Source: the human T2T-CHM13v2.0 reference genome, Homo sapiens. From it: a stretch of 64,000 bases of DNA. Shown here one piece after another: positions 15,030 to 28,787 of the stretch. The notes beneath the pieces were generated by a model. The model worked only from the letters and a program-made list of their open reading frames with translations. It did not search any database and was not told the origin of the DNA. The stretch lies in NCBI RefSeq assembly GCF_009914755.1, contig NC_060941.1. One strand, written 5' to 3'. How positions within the stretch are numbered: the stretch's first letter is position 1; every line of letters starts with the position of its first letter. The position numbers and the translations under genes are program-made.

Positions 15030-16391
15030 TTTTTTTTCTTAATTATTTTATTTTATTTTATTAAACTTTAAGTTCTGGGATACATGTGCAGAACATGTAG
15101 GTTTGTTACATACGTATACATGTGCCATGGTGGTTTGCTGCACCCATTAACCCGTCATCTACATTAGGTAGTTCTCCTAATGCTATCGCTGCCCTAGCCC
15201 CCACCCCGTGACAGGCCCAGGTGTGTGATGTTTCCCTCCCTGTGTCCATGTGTTCTCATTGTTCAACTCCCACTTATGAGTGAGAACATGCAGTGTTTGG
15301 TTGTCTGTTCTTGTGTTAGTTTGCTGAGAATGATGGTTTCCGGTTTCATCCATGTCCCTGCAAAGGACATGCAAAAGGATGAACTCATCCTTTTTTATGG
15401 CTGCATAGTATTCCATGGTGTATATGTGCCACATTTTCTTTATCCAGTCTATCATTGATGGGCATTTGGGTTGATTCCAAGTCTTTGCTATTGTGAATAG
15501 TGCTGCAGTAAACATATGTGTGCATGTGTCTTTATAGTAGTATGATTTAGAATCCTTTGGGTATATACCTAGTAATGGGATTGCTGGGTCAAATGACATT
15601 TTTGGTTGTAGATCCTTAAGGAATCGCCACACTGTCTTCCACAATGGTTGAACTAATTTACACTCCCACCAACAGTGTAAAAACATTCCTATTTCTCCAC
15701 ATCTTCTCCAGCATCTGTTTCCTGACTTTTGTTTGTTTGTTTTTGGTTTTTGGTTTTTTTTTTTTTTTGAGACAGAGTCTCGCTCTGTCGCCCAGGCTGG
15801 AGTGCAGTGATGCAATCTCGGTTCACTGCAACCTCTGCCTCCTGGGGTTCACGCCATTCTCCTGCCTCAGCCTCCCAAGTAGCTGGGACTACAGGCACCT
15901 GCCACCATGCCTGGCTAATTTTTTTTTTTTTTTGTATTATTAGTACAGATGGGGTTTCACCGTGTTAACCAGGATGGTCTCGATCTCCTGACCTCATGAT
16001 CTGCCTGCCTTGGCCTCCCAAAGTGCTGGGATTACAGGCTTGAGCCACTGCACCTGACCGTTTCCTGACTTTTTAATGATCGCCATTCTAACTGGTGTGA
16101 GATGGTATCTCATTGTGGTTTTGATTTGCATTTCTCTAACGACCAGTGATGATGAGCCTTTTTTGTCATGTTTGTTGGCCACATAAATGTCTTCTTTTGA
16201 GAGGTGTGTGTTCATATCCTTCACCCACTTTTTGATGGGCTTGTTTTTTTTCTTGTACATTTGTTTAAGTTCTTTGTAGGTTCTGGATAATAGCCCTTTG
16301 TCCGACGAATAGATTGCAAAAATTTTCTCCCATTCTGTAGGTTCCCTTTTCACTCTGATGATAGTTTCTTTTGCTGTACAGAAGCTCTTTA
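15030..16391 (-). mobile_element. 5'-truncated L1PA7/8-type nested in the L1MA
   Basis: TTCTGGGATACATGTGCAGAAC...GGTGGTTTGCTGCACCC...CATCTACATTAGG 3' end; ORF2 C-terminal remnants; no clear TSD. Confidence 0.88.
15731..16059 (-). mobile_element. AluY nested in the L1PA7/8
   Basis: GGTTCACGCCATTCTCC diagnostic; TSD GTTTCCTGACTTTT at 15717 and 16060. Confidence 0.93.
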
Positions 16392-19300
16392 CCTCTTTTG
16401 CTCTATCTCACAGGTTTTGGTATGTTGTGTTTCCATTATCATTTGTTTTAAGAAATTGTTCAATTTCTTTCTTAATTTCTTCATTGACTCACTGGTCATT
16501 CAGGAATGTATTGTTTAATTTCCATGTATTTACATAGTTTCCAAAATTCCTCTTATTACTGATTTTGAGTTTTATTCCACTGTGGTCAGAGAAGGTGCTT
16601 GATATTACTTCAGTTTTTTTCATTGTTTGAAGACTTGTTTTGTGACCTAACATATGGCCTATCCATGAGAATAACTCATGTGCTGAGGAAAAGAATGTGT
16701 ATTCTGCAGTTGTTAGATGAAATGCTCTGTAAATATCTAGTAGATCCATTCGGTATACAGTGCAGATTAAATCTGATTTTTTTGTTGTTGTTGATCTTTT
16801 GTTGGGAAGATCTGTCCAGTGCTGAAAGTGAGGTGCTGAAGTCTCCAACTATTATTGTATTGGGGCCTATCTCTCCCTTTAGCTCTAATAATATTTGCTT
16901 TATATATTTGGGCACAACTGTTTTGGGTGCATATATATTTAAAATTATTATATCATCTTCATTAATTGACTCATTTTTCATTACATAGTGACCTTCTTTG
17001 TCTCTTCCTATAGTTTTTGTCTTGTAATCTATTTTGTCTGATATAAATGTAGCTACTCCTGCTCCTTTTTTGATTTCTGTTGCCATGGAATATATTTTTC
17101 CATTTCTTTGTTTTCAGTCTATGTGTGTACTTACATGTGAAGTGTGTTTCTTGTAGACAACAGATCAATGGGCCTTGTTTTTTAAATCCATTCACTCAGT
17201 CTGTTTCTTTTGATTGGAGAGATTAGTCCATTTATATTCAATGTTATTGTTGGTAAGTAAGGACTTACTCTTGCCATTTCAATATTTATTTTCTGGTTGT
17301 TTTGTGGTCCCCTCTTCCTTCTTCCTTTCTTTTCTGTCTTCCTTTAGTGAATGTAATTTTCTCTGGTGATACAATTTAGTTTGCTTTTTAGTTTTTGTGT
17401 TGTATGGTTTTTGATTTGAGGTTACTACGAACCTTGCAGGTATCATCTTATAATCCATTATTTTAAGTTGATAATAAATGAACACTGTATAAACAAACAC
17501 ACAAAAACAAACCCAATAAAAACTCTGTCTTAACTTTGTTCCCCTGCTTTTCAACTTTTTGTTGTTTCTATTTATATCTTATGGTACTGTCTGTGTCTTA
17601 AAAAGTTGTAGATATTATTTTTGGTCCGTTCATCATTTAGCTTTTCTATTTATAAGAAGAGTAGTTTACATACCACAGTTACAGGGCTATAGTATTTTGG
17701 GTTTTTCTGTGTATCCAGCACAGTACTGGGTCTCATCCAAGGCCTGATATAACCACTCCCTATTACCAGTGAGTGTTTTACCTTCAGGTGATTACTTATT
17801 GCTCTTTAGTGTCTTTTCTTTAGCATTTCTTGTAGCACAAGTCAAGTGTTGATGAAATTCCTCAGCTTTTATCTGGGAATGTCTTTATTTCTCCTTCATG
17901 TTTGAAGGATATACAGTTCTAGGGTAAAATATTTTTCCTTCAGCACCTTAAATACGTCATGCCTCTCTCTCGGCCTGTAAGGTTTCCACTGAAAAGTCTG
18001 CTGCCAGAAGTATTGGAGTTCCATTGTATGTTATTTGTTTCTTTTCTCTTGCTGCTTTTGGGATCCTTTCTTTATTCTTGACCTTTGGTAATTTGATTAT
18101 TAAATGAGTTGAGGTAGTCTTCTTTGGGTTAAATCTGCTGGCCATTCTATAACCTTCTTGTATTTGGATATCAATATCTTTCTTTAGGTTTGAAAAATTC
18201 TTTGTTATTATCTCTTTCAATAAGCTTTCTACCCCCATCTCTTTTTCTATCTCCTCTTTAAGGCCAATAACTCTTAGATTTGCCCATCTGAGGCTATTTT
18301 CTAGATGTAGGCATGCTTCATTTTTTTTTTTTTTACTCTTTTTTCATTTGTCTCCTCTGACTGTGTATTTTCAAATAGTCTGTCTTCAGGCTCACTAATT
18401 CTTTCTTGTTTGATCAATTCTGCTATTAAAATATTTTGATGCTTTACTCAATATGCCAATTGCACTTTTCAGCTCCAGAATTTCTGCTGATTTTTTAAAC
18501 TTATTTCAATCTCTTTGGTAAATTTATGTGATAGAATTGTGACTTATTTCTCTGTGCTATCTTGAATTCCTTTGAGTTTCCTGAACATTACTATTTTGGA
18601 TTCCTGAACATTACTATATTTGGACAATTTATTAGGGCCCTAGGGCACTTTAGCCTACAGTGGTGAGGTTTGCACAAACTCAAGCTCCAACCACTGGGAT
18701 CTCAGTTTCCTGTCTGGCTAGGGCTGGCTGAAATGCTCCCTCTGTGTGCAAGGTGGGTGGGGGGTGACAGCTGAGTTTGGTCCGGTTTTCCTTTCTGCTA
18801 TGACAGGACAGCACTGAGTTTAATGCTTCACTATTGCTGTGTGCGCCCTCTGCCAGCCACAGAAATTCTCCCTGCACCATGTCACCACTCCGGGGGGTCA
18901 TGAGGGGTGGCATAAGTGATTCAAGATTGTATTTTTCTGCCTCTTCAGTGCCTGTTTCAGTGATATGAAGTTAATACCAGAACTGTGAGTGCTCACCAGA
19001 TTTTTATTTCTTATGAAGGTCCTTGTCTTGTGTAGATAGTCTTTAAATTGGTGTCCTTGGGCAGGAGGAGGGGGAACTATCTGTGGAGACTTCTATTCCA
19101 CCATCTTGCTCTGTGTTTCCAGACCCATTTATTAATTTCTCCCTTCATCTTCTACTCTGGCCATACTTGTCTGCTTGCCATTTGCTAACCAACCCTCATA
19201 TTTCTACATTTCTGTGCTTTGCTTTGAGCTTTCTTCCTGGAATGCTCTTCTTTCACTCTAGATTAAGAAATATTTATACTTCAGTACTAAGCTAAATTTT

Positions 19301-19699
19301 GTTATTTACTGACACTACCTAACATTTTAAGAGATAAACTTAAAAAAATCTACTCACAGGTCTATATGCAGTTTTGGGGGATAAATTTTGATGCTCACTC
19401 GTTATGCTAGGAGATTACTAGAAGACAATGTCATTGGAAACTATATGGCCTAGGAGAGTTGCACTGGGATTCCTTAGCCATCAAATTTGCTCATGGTTAA
19501 TATCTATTTTAAGTAAATGTAAGACAGAGCTTTTTCATTTTTGCTTTATAATATAGACTTTAAGAGCCTCAGATTGTGCATTTAAATTTTAAACAGGTAA
19601 ATCTTCAATTTTTTTTTTCTGGAAACAACGTTGCTTTTCATTCACACAAACCACTTCAATGCATTTTCATTGCATTGATAATCAGGAATTTCTATTATT

Positions 19700-19925
19700 T
19701 TTCCTCAATATATCATTATAAAAATTGTGGAACATCTTGAAAAGTTGAAATAATTATACAGTGGACACCCATACACTTACCATGTAAATGTTACAAATGT
19801 TAACATTTTGTTACATTTGCTTTGTCTCGTATTCATCCTTCTATCTTCCCATCTGCCCATCTACTGATCCATCGTAATTTTCAAGCATCTCAAAGCAAGT
19901 TACAAATATCAGTATGCTTTAGTTC
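19700..19925 (-). mobile_element. Ancient L1ME 3' fragment
   Basis: AAAAGTTGAAATAATTATACAGTGGACACCCATACACTTACC...GTTAACATTTTG pattern. Confidence 0.55.
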
Positions 19926-19949
19926 CTTTTCCTTCTTTTAAAAATAATG

Positions 19950-20850
19950 TATTTTTAATTAACAAATAATAATTACATATATATATGCAGCACAATGTGA
20001 TGTTTTGATCTATGTATACATTGTAGAAATATTCAGTCAAGCTAATTAGTATATCCATCACCTCAACAACTTCTCCACGTCCTCACCAGCACTTGTTATC
20101 GTTTGTTTTTTTTGATGATAACTGTTCTAACAGGTGTAAAATAATATTCTGTTGTGGTCTGTATTAGTCTGTTCTCATGCTGCTAATAAAGACATACCTT
20201 ACACTGGGTAATTTGTAAAGGAAAGAATTTAATTGACTCACAGTTCCACATGGCTGAGGAGGCCTAATGATCATGGTGGAAGTACAAGAGATGTCTTACA
20301 TGGCAGCAGGCCAGAAAGAGCTTGTGCAGGGGTACTATGCTTTATAAAGCCATCAAATCTCATGAGACTTATTCACTATCAAAAGAACAGCACGGGAACC
20401 ACCTGCCCCCATGATTCAATTACCTCCCATTGGGTCCCGCCCACAACATGTAGGAATTGTGGGAGCTACAATTCAAGATGAGATTTGGGTGGGGACAGAG
20501 CCAAACCATATTATGGTCTTAAATTTGCATTTTTCTGATGATTGGAGATGTTGAATATCTCTTGGTCATTCATATCTCTTCTGTTGAGAAATGTCTTTTC
20601 AGACCATTTGCCCAGTATTAATCTTGGTTATTTGTTTTCTTGCTTTTGAGTTGTGTGAGTTTCTTATTTGTGATATTAATCCCTTATCAGATACATGGTT
20701 TGAAAATATTTTCTTCCAACCGGTGTTCTGTCTCTTTACCCTGTTATTTATTTCCTTTACTATGCAGACACTTTTTGGTTTGATACAATCCTATACGTAT
20801 ATTTTTGCTTTTGTTGCCTGTGCTTTTGGAGTTCTATGCAATAAATCACA
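19950..20850 (-). mobile_element. L1MA-type fragment interrupted by THE1
   Basis: L1MA 3' end (TGTGATGTTTTGAT...ATATCCATCACCTC); ORF2-antisense sequence continues on both sides of the LTR. Confidence 0.75.
20160..20513 (-). mobile_element. THE1B solo LTR (MaLR)
   Basis: TGTATTAGTCTGTTCTCATGCTGCTAATAAAGACATACC...GAGCCAAACCATATTA; 5-bp TSD TGGTC at 20155 and 20514. Confidence 0.93.
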
Positions 20851-21629
20851 TGGTAGGCAACAAAAGACTTTCCTTTCTTAAAACAGAATGTTAAGCCTTC
20901 AATCTGAAAGCTTGGCCATTTAAGCACATACATTTCTTTTCAGTATTCAAGCATGTAATATCTAAACTATAATCTTAAAGTGCACATGGTTTGTTTCCTG
21001 TCAAAAGCATGGTTAAGCCGAATAACATTTGAGTGAGCTCACCTATTTCTCTGGTTTCTCACAAAATTCTCCTATCAGGTCACATCATCAGAAAGCAAAG
21101 CATTTTTAATATTGCTAGCTTAGGTATCATAGAAATTATACAAGAAAAGTGATTTGATACTATGCCATTACTATTTATATGAGGCCAATAGAAAAAACTT
21201 TCTGGGTAACCTGTGTTTTTCAGTTTTTGTATAACAATTAAAGACAGTTTCTTTAACATGACTTATTACCCTTAACCTAAGAGTCAAGAGATGCTGTCTG
21301 GCTTGAATGAATAAGTAACTGATGCTTGGAGAGATAATTTTTAGAGTTGGAGAGTTGCTCAGTGGAGGAGTGAGAATAGTGACACAGAAGTGGAGGAAAA
21401 GAAGGTGGGGGTAAAGTATGTAAGTTGATAATACATATTAGAATGTTATTTAGCACTTTGAAATGAACAACCAGAAGCAATCAATATAAAAATAGTTAAA
21501 ACATATAGGAATTTCCTGGGAGCTAGACAGGACAGGAGAGGTTTGTGGCAGGAAACTTGATTTTTACTACAAGTCTTCCTTTAATAATAGTAGTAATCAT
21601 CATTTTCATCATCATCATGACACTCATAG

Positions 21630-22039
<410 letters not shown>

Positions 22040-22385
22040 TATTTTCCATTTAATCTTTATAGAGGCTCTATGTGGTAGATGTTTTTACCACCATATAACA
22101 GATGTGAAAACTGAGTCTCAGAGCAAGATTGGAGTCTTTTAACTCAAGAAGTGTATTCTGAAGCTCATGCTCTTCACTGTCACATCTTGATAATTCCTTG
22201 CTAAAGGAAAAATGTTTCCATAAGATAATTTAATTTTAGTCTTTAGTGCCAGCAAAACTTTCTTCTAAAGGTTTTATAAGCTTTCTTTTATCAGACAGGA
22301 AAACTTGTGTACATTATTATGTAAAGCCCCCTTTCCTGTTTTGCTTTGGGAACCTAGGCTTCAATATATTGCTCAAATATTATAA

Positions 22386-22679
<294 letters not shown>

Positions 22680-22987
22680 TGTAATTATTTTTCTCTTGTT
22701 TTCATTTCTGATCTTAGTTTTAGCTTTACCTTTACCTCTGTTCATGTATTCAAAATATTCAAGGTAAATAAACAAGTAAACAGACAAATGTGACAATACA
22801 TTATTCCTTTGCTCACTTGTTTGCTTCTACTCTGATGATTTTATTTTAAACTCTGTACCTGTCATAATTTCTGGCATTGTTATGACTTCTGTAAGAATGC
22901 TCCCTGAGTGTTCTTAATATTCCAAATAGCTATAAAGCTATTCACTAATAAAAATTCATGTGGTGTTGAGGATGCAAAGTGAAAATC

Positions 22988-25900
22988 TTTTTTTTATTAT
23001 ACTTTAAGTTCTAGGGTACACGTGCACAACGTGCAGGTTTGTTACATAGGTATACATGTGCCATGTTGGTTTGCTGCACCCATTAACTCGTCATTTACAT
23101 TAGGTGTTTCTCCTAATGCTATCCATCCCCCTGCCCGTCACCCCATGACAGGCCCCTGTGTGTGATGTTCCCTGCCCTGTGTCCAAGTGTTCTCATTGTT
23201 CAATTCCCACCTATGAGCGAGAACATGTTTGGTTTTCTGTCCTTGTGATAGTTTGCTCAGAGTGATGGTTTCCAGCTTCATCCATGTCCTGCAAAGAATA
23301 TGAACTCATCCATTTTTATGGCTTCATAGTATTCCATGGTGTATATGTGCCACATTTTCTTAATCCAGTCTAGCATTGATGGACATTTAGGTTGGTTCCA
23401 AGTTTTTGCTATTGTGAATAGTGCTGCAATAAACATACGTGTGCATGTGTCTTTATTGTAGCATGATTTATAATCCTTTGGGCATATACCCAGTAATGGG
23501 ATTGCTAGGTCAAATGGTATTTCTAGTTCTAGATCCTTGAGGAATCACCACACTGTCTTCCACAATTGTTGAACTAGTTTACACTCCCACCAACAGTGTA
23601 AAAGCATTCTTATTTTTCCACATCCTCTCCAGCACCTGTTGTTTCCTGACTTTTTAATGATCACCATTCTACCTGGTGTGAGATGGTATCTCATTGTGGT
23701 TTTGATTTGCATTTCTCTGATGACCAGTGATGATGAGCATTTTTTCATGTTTCTGTTGGCTGCATAAATGTCTTCTTTTGAGAAGTGTCTGTTCATATCC
23801 TTTGCCCACTTTTTGATGGGGTTGTTTGCTTTTTACTTGTAAATTTGTTTGAGTTCTTTGTAGATTCTGGATATTAGCCCTTTGTTAAATGAGTAGATTG
23901 CAAAAATTTTCTCCCATTCTGTAGGTTGCCTGTTCACTCTGATAGTAGTTTCTTTTGCTGTGCAGAAGCTCTTTAGTTTAATTAGATCCCATTTGTCAAT
24001 TTTGGCTTTTGTTGCCATTGCTTTTGGTGTTTTAGTCATGAAGTCCTTGCCTATGCGTATGTCCTGAATGGTATTGCCTAGGTTTTCTTCTAGGGTTTTT
24101 ATGGTTTTAGGTCTAACATTTAAGTCCTTAACCCATCTTGAATTAATTTTTGTATAAGGTAAAAGGAAGGGATCCAGTTTCAGCTTTCTGCATATGGCTA
24201 GCCAGTTTTCCCAGCACCATTTATCAAATAGAGAATCCTTTCCCCATTTCTTGTTTTTGTCAGGTTTGTCAAAGTTCAGATGGTTGTAGATGTGTCATGT
24301 TATTTCTGAGGCCTCTGTTCTGTTCAATTGGTCTATCTGTCTGTTTTGATACCAGTACCATGCTGTTTTGGTTACTGTAGCCTTGTCGTATAGTTTGAAG
24401 TCAGGTAGCGTGATGCCTCCAGTTTTGTTCTTTTGGCTTAGGATTGTCCTGGCAATGTCGTCTCTTTTTTGGTTCCATATGAACTTTAAAGTAGTTTTTT
24501 CCAATTCTGTGAAGAAAGTCATAGGTAGCTTGATGGGGATGGCATTGAATCTATAAATTACCTTGGGCAGTATGGCCATTTTCACGATATTAATTCTTCC
24601 TATCCATGAGCATGGAATGTTCTTCCATTTGTTTGTGTCCTCTTTTATTTCGTTGAGCAGCGGTTTGTAGTTCTTCTTGAAGAGGTCCTTCACATCCCTT
24701 GTAAGTTGGATTCTTAGGCATTTTATTCTCTTTGAGGCAATTGTGAATGGGAGTTCACTCATGATTTGGCTCTCTGTTTGTCTGTTATTGGTATATAGGA
24801 ATGCTTGTGATTTTTGCACATTGATTTTGTATCCTGAGACTTTGCTGAAGTTGCTTATCAGCTTAAGGAGATTTTGGGCTGAGACGATGGGGTTTTCTAA
24901 ATATACAATCATGTCATCTGCAAACAGGGACAATTTGACTTCCTCTTTTCCTAATTGAATACCCTTTATTTCTTTCTCCTGCCTGATTGCCCTGGCCAGA
25001 ACTTCCAACACTATGTTGAATAGGAGTGGTGAGAGAGGGCGTCCCTGTCTTGTGCCACTTTTCAAAGGGAATGCTGCATAAATAACTCTTATTATTTTGA
25101 GATACGTTCCATCAATACCTAATTTATTGAGAGTTTTTAGCATGAAGCGCTGTTGAATTTTGTCCAAGGCCTTTTCTGCATCTATTGAGATATCATGTGG
25201 TTTTTGTCTTTGGTTCTGTTTAGGTCACAGATTACGTTTAGTGGTTTGTGTATGTTGAACCAGACTTGCATCCCAGGGATGAAGCCGACTTGATCCTGGT
25301 GGATAAGCTTTTTGATGTGCTGCTGGATTTGGTTTGCCAGTATTTTACCGAGGATTTTCTCATTGATATTCATCAGTGATATTGGTCTAAAATTCTCTTT
25401 TTTTGTTGTGTCTCTGCCAGGCTTTGGTATCAGGATTATGCTGGCCTCATAAAATGAGTTAGGGAGGATTCCCTCTTTTTCTATTTATTGGAATACTTTC
25501 AGAAGGAATGGTACCAGCTCCTCTTTGTACCTCTAGTAGAATTTGGCTGCGAATCTGTCTGGTCCTGGACTTTTTTGTTGTTGTTAGGCTATTAATTATT
25601 GCATCAATTTCAGAGCCTGTTATTCGTCTATTCAGAGATTCAACTTCTTCCTGGTTTAGTCTTGGGAGGGTGTATGTGTCCAGGAATTTATCCATTTCTT
25701 CTAGATTTTCTAGTTTATTTGTGTAGAGGTATTTATAGTATTCTCTGATGGTAGTTTGTATTTCTGTGAGATAGGTGGTGATATTCCCTTTATCATTTTT
25801 TATTGCATCTATTTGATTCTTCTCTCTTTTCTTCTTTATTAATCTTGCTAGCAGTCTATCAATTTTGTTGATCATTTCAAAAAATCGGCTCCTGGATTCA

Positions 25901-28605
25901 TTGATTTTTTGAAGTGTTTTTTATGTCTCTATCTCCTTCAGTTCTGCTCTGGTTTAGTTATTTCTTGCCTTCCGCTAGGTTTTGAATTTGTTTGCTCTTG
26001 CTTCTCTAGTTCTTTTAATTGTGATGTTAGGTGTCAATTTTAGATCTTTCCTGCTTTCTCTTGTGGGCATTTAGTGCTATAAATTTCCCTCTACACACTG
26101 CTTTAAATGTGTCCCAGATATTGTGGTACAGTGTGTCTTTGCTCTCATTGGTTTCAAATAACATCTTTATTTCTGCCTTCATTTCGTTATTTACCCAGTA
26201 GTCATTCAGGAGCACGTTGTTTACTTTCCATGTAGTTGTGTGGTTTTGAGTGAGTTACTTAATCCTGAGTTCTAATTTGATTGCACTGTGGTCTGACAGA
26301 CAGTTTGTTGTGATTTCTGTTCTTTTATATTTGCTGAGGAGTGCTTTACTTCCAACTACGTGGTCAATTTTGGAATAAGTGCAATGTGGTGCTGAGAAGA
26401 CTGTATATTCTGTTGATTTGGGGTGGAGAGTTCTGTAGATGTCTATTAGGTCCGCTTGGTGCAGAGCTGAGTTCAAGTCCTGGATATCGTTTTTAACCTT
26501 CTGTCTCATTGATCTGTGTAATATTGACAGTGGGCTGTTAAAGTCTACCATTATTACTATGTGGGAGTCTAAGTCTCTTTGTAGGTCTCTAAGGACCTGC
26601 TTTATGAATCTGGGTGCTCCTGTATTGGGTGCCTATATATTTAGGATAGTTAGCTCTTCTTGTTGAATTGATCCCTTTACTATTATGTAATGGCCTTCTT
26701 TGTCCCTTTTGATCTTTCTTGGTTTAAAATCTGTTTTATCAGAGACGAGGATTGCAACCACTGCCTTTTTTACTTTCCATTTTCTTTGTAGATCTTCCTC
26801 TATCCCTTTATTTTGAGCCTATGTGTGTCTCTGCACGTGAGATGGGTTTCCTGAATACAGCACACTGATGGGTCTTGACTCTTTATCCAATTTGCCAGTC
26901 TGTGTCTTTTAATTGGGGCATTTAGCCCATTTACATTTAAGGTTAATATTGTTATGTGTGAATTTGATCCTGTCATTATGATGTTAGCTGGTTATTTTGC
27001 CCATTAGTTGATGGAGTTTCTTCCTAGCATCGATGGTCTTTACAATTTGGCATGTTTTTGCAGTGGCTGGTACCGGTTGTTCCTTTCCATGTTTAGTGCT
27101 TCCTTCAGGAGCTCTTGTAAGGCAGGCCTGGTGGTGACAAAATCTCTCAGCATTTGCTTGTCTGTAAAGTATTTTATTTCTCCTTCACTTATGAAGCCTA
27201 GTTTGGCTGGATATGAAATTCTGGATTGAAAATTATTTTCTTTAAGAATGCTGAATATTGGTCCCCACTCTCTTCTGGCTTGTAGTGTTTCTGCTGAGAG
27301 ATCTGCTGTTAGTCTGATGGGCTTCCCTTCATGGGTAACCAGACCTTTCTCTCTGGCTGCCTTTAACATTTTTTCCTTCATTTCAACCTTGGTGAATCTG
27401 ACAATTATGGGTCTTGGGGTTGTTCTTCTTGAGGAGTATCTTTGTGGTGTTCTCTGTATGTCCTGAATTTGAATGTTGGCCTGCCTTGCTAGGTTGGGGA
27501 AGTTCTCCTGGATAATATCCTGAAGTGTTTTCCAGCTTGGTTCCATTCTCCCTGTCACTTTCAGGTACACCAAACAAACATAGATTTGGTCTTTTCATAC
27601 AGTCCCACATTTCTTGGCAGCTTTGCTCTTTCTTTTTACTCTTTTTTCTCTAAACTTCTCTTTTCACTTTATTTCATTAATTTGATCTTTAATCACTGAT
27701 ACCCTTTCTTCCACTTGACTGAGTTGGCTATTGAAGCTTGTACACGCGTCACGTAGTTCTTGTGCCATGGTTTTCAGCTCCATCAGGTCATTTAAGATCT
27801 TCTCTATGCTGTTTATTCTAGTTAGCCATTCTTCTAGTCTTTTTTCAAGGTTTTTAGCTTCCTTGCGATGGGTTCGAACATCCTCCTTTAGCTCAGAGAA
27901 GTTTGTTATTACCGACCTTCTGAAGCCTACTTCTGTCAGTTTGTCAAAGTCATTCTCCATCCAGCTTTGTTTCGTTGCTAGCGAGGAGCTGTGATCTTTT
28001 GGAGGAGAAGAAGCGCTCTGGTTTTCAGAGTTTTCAGCTTTTCTGCTCTGGTTTCTCCCCATCTTTGTGGTTTTTTCTACATTTGGTCTTTGATGCTGGT
28101 GACCTACCCATGGGGTTTTGGTGTGGATGTCCTTTTTGTTGAAGTTGATGCTATTCCTTTCTTTCTGTTTGTTAGTTTTCCTTCTAAGAGTCAGGTCCCT
28201 CAGCTGCAGGTCTGTTGGAGTTTGCTGGAGTTCCACTCCAGACCCTGTTTGCCTGGGTGTCACCAGCGGAGGCTGCAGAACAGCAAATATTGCAGAACAG
28301 CAAATATTGCTGCCTGATCCTTCCTCTGGAAGCTTCGTCCCGGAGGGGCACCCACCTGTATGAGGTGTCAGTCAGCTCCTCCTGGGAGGTGTCTCCTAGT
28401 TAGGCTACACAGGGGTCAGGGACCCACTTGAGGAGGCAGTCTGTCTGTCCTCAGAGCTCAAACACTGTGCTGGGAGAACCACTGCTCTCTTCAGAGCTGT
28501 CAGACAGGGACGTTTAAGTCTGCAGAAGTTTCTGCTGCCTTTTCTTCAGCTATGCCCTGCCCCCAGGGCGTGGGGTCTACAGAGGCAGGAGGCCTTGCAG
28601 AGCTT
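22988..28605 (-). mobile_element. Near-full-length L1PA5-7, inactive, lacking the distal 5' UTR
   Basis: 3' end GGTTTGCTGCACCCATTAACTCGTCATTTACATTAGG; fragmented ORF2 (RT FADD in 24295-25167, EN 26255-26551); ORF1 remnants 27040-28062 (MGRNQSRKAEN...); about 540 bp of 5' UTR retained. Confidence 0.96.
28220..28350 (-). promoter_or_regulatory. The ~129-bp L1 5' UTR segment containing the ZNF93 binding site (lost in L1PA2/L1HS)
   Basis: GTTTGCTGGAG...CACCAGCGGAGGCTGCAGAACAGC...GAGGGGCA lies between TCTGTTGGA and CCCACCTGTATGAGGTGTCAG, where young L1s have the deletion. Confidence 0.7.
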
Positions 28606-28787
28606 TACAAAAAAATACAGAAGTTATCCAGGAGTGGTGGTATATGCCTGTAGGCCAGCTACTTGGAAGGCTGAGGTGGGAGGATCACTTAAGCCCTAGA
28701 GGTCAAGGCTGCAGTGAGCCACGATCATGCCACTGTACTACACCCCAGGTGACACAGTAAAACCCTGTCTCAAAAATTAAAAAAAGA
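28606..28787 (+). mobile_element. Alu right monomer with linker (AluJ/FRAM-like)
   Basis: TACAAAAAAATACAGAAGTTATCC...GGAGGATCACTTAAGCCC...GGTCAAGGCTGCAGTGAGC old-Alu diagnostics; left arm absent. Confidence 0.88.

Larger units (their letters stand above)
11740..19120 (-). mobile_element. End-to-end old L1 (L1MA1-3 type) with internal deletions and nested inserts
   Basis: L1MA 3' end at 11.75-12.2 kb; ORF2 remnants (13195-13563, 14169-14707, EN domain 16489-17195); ORF1 remnant 17957-18238; 5' terminus reads GAGCAAGATGGTGGAATAGAAG on the minus strand; AGACCCATTT at both 11730 and 19121 (TSD). Confidence 0.9.

Noticed and set aside
28274-28310. Tandem TGCAGAACAGCAAATAT repeat
   Set aside because: A similar repeat is part of the L1PA 5' UTR consensus as I recall it; not locus-specific
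22988-28605. Potentially active L1
   Set aside because: ORF1 and ORF2 are broken by stops and frameshifts, an RT-region deletion lies near 25077, and the 5' promoter start is missing
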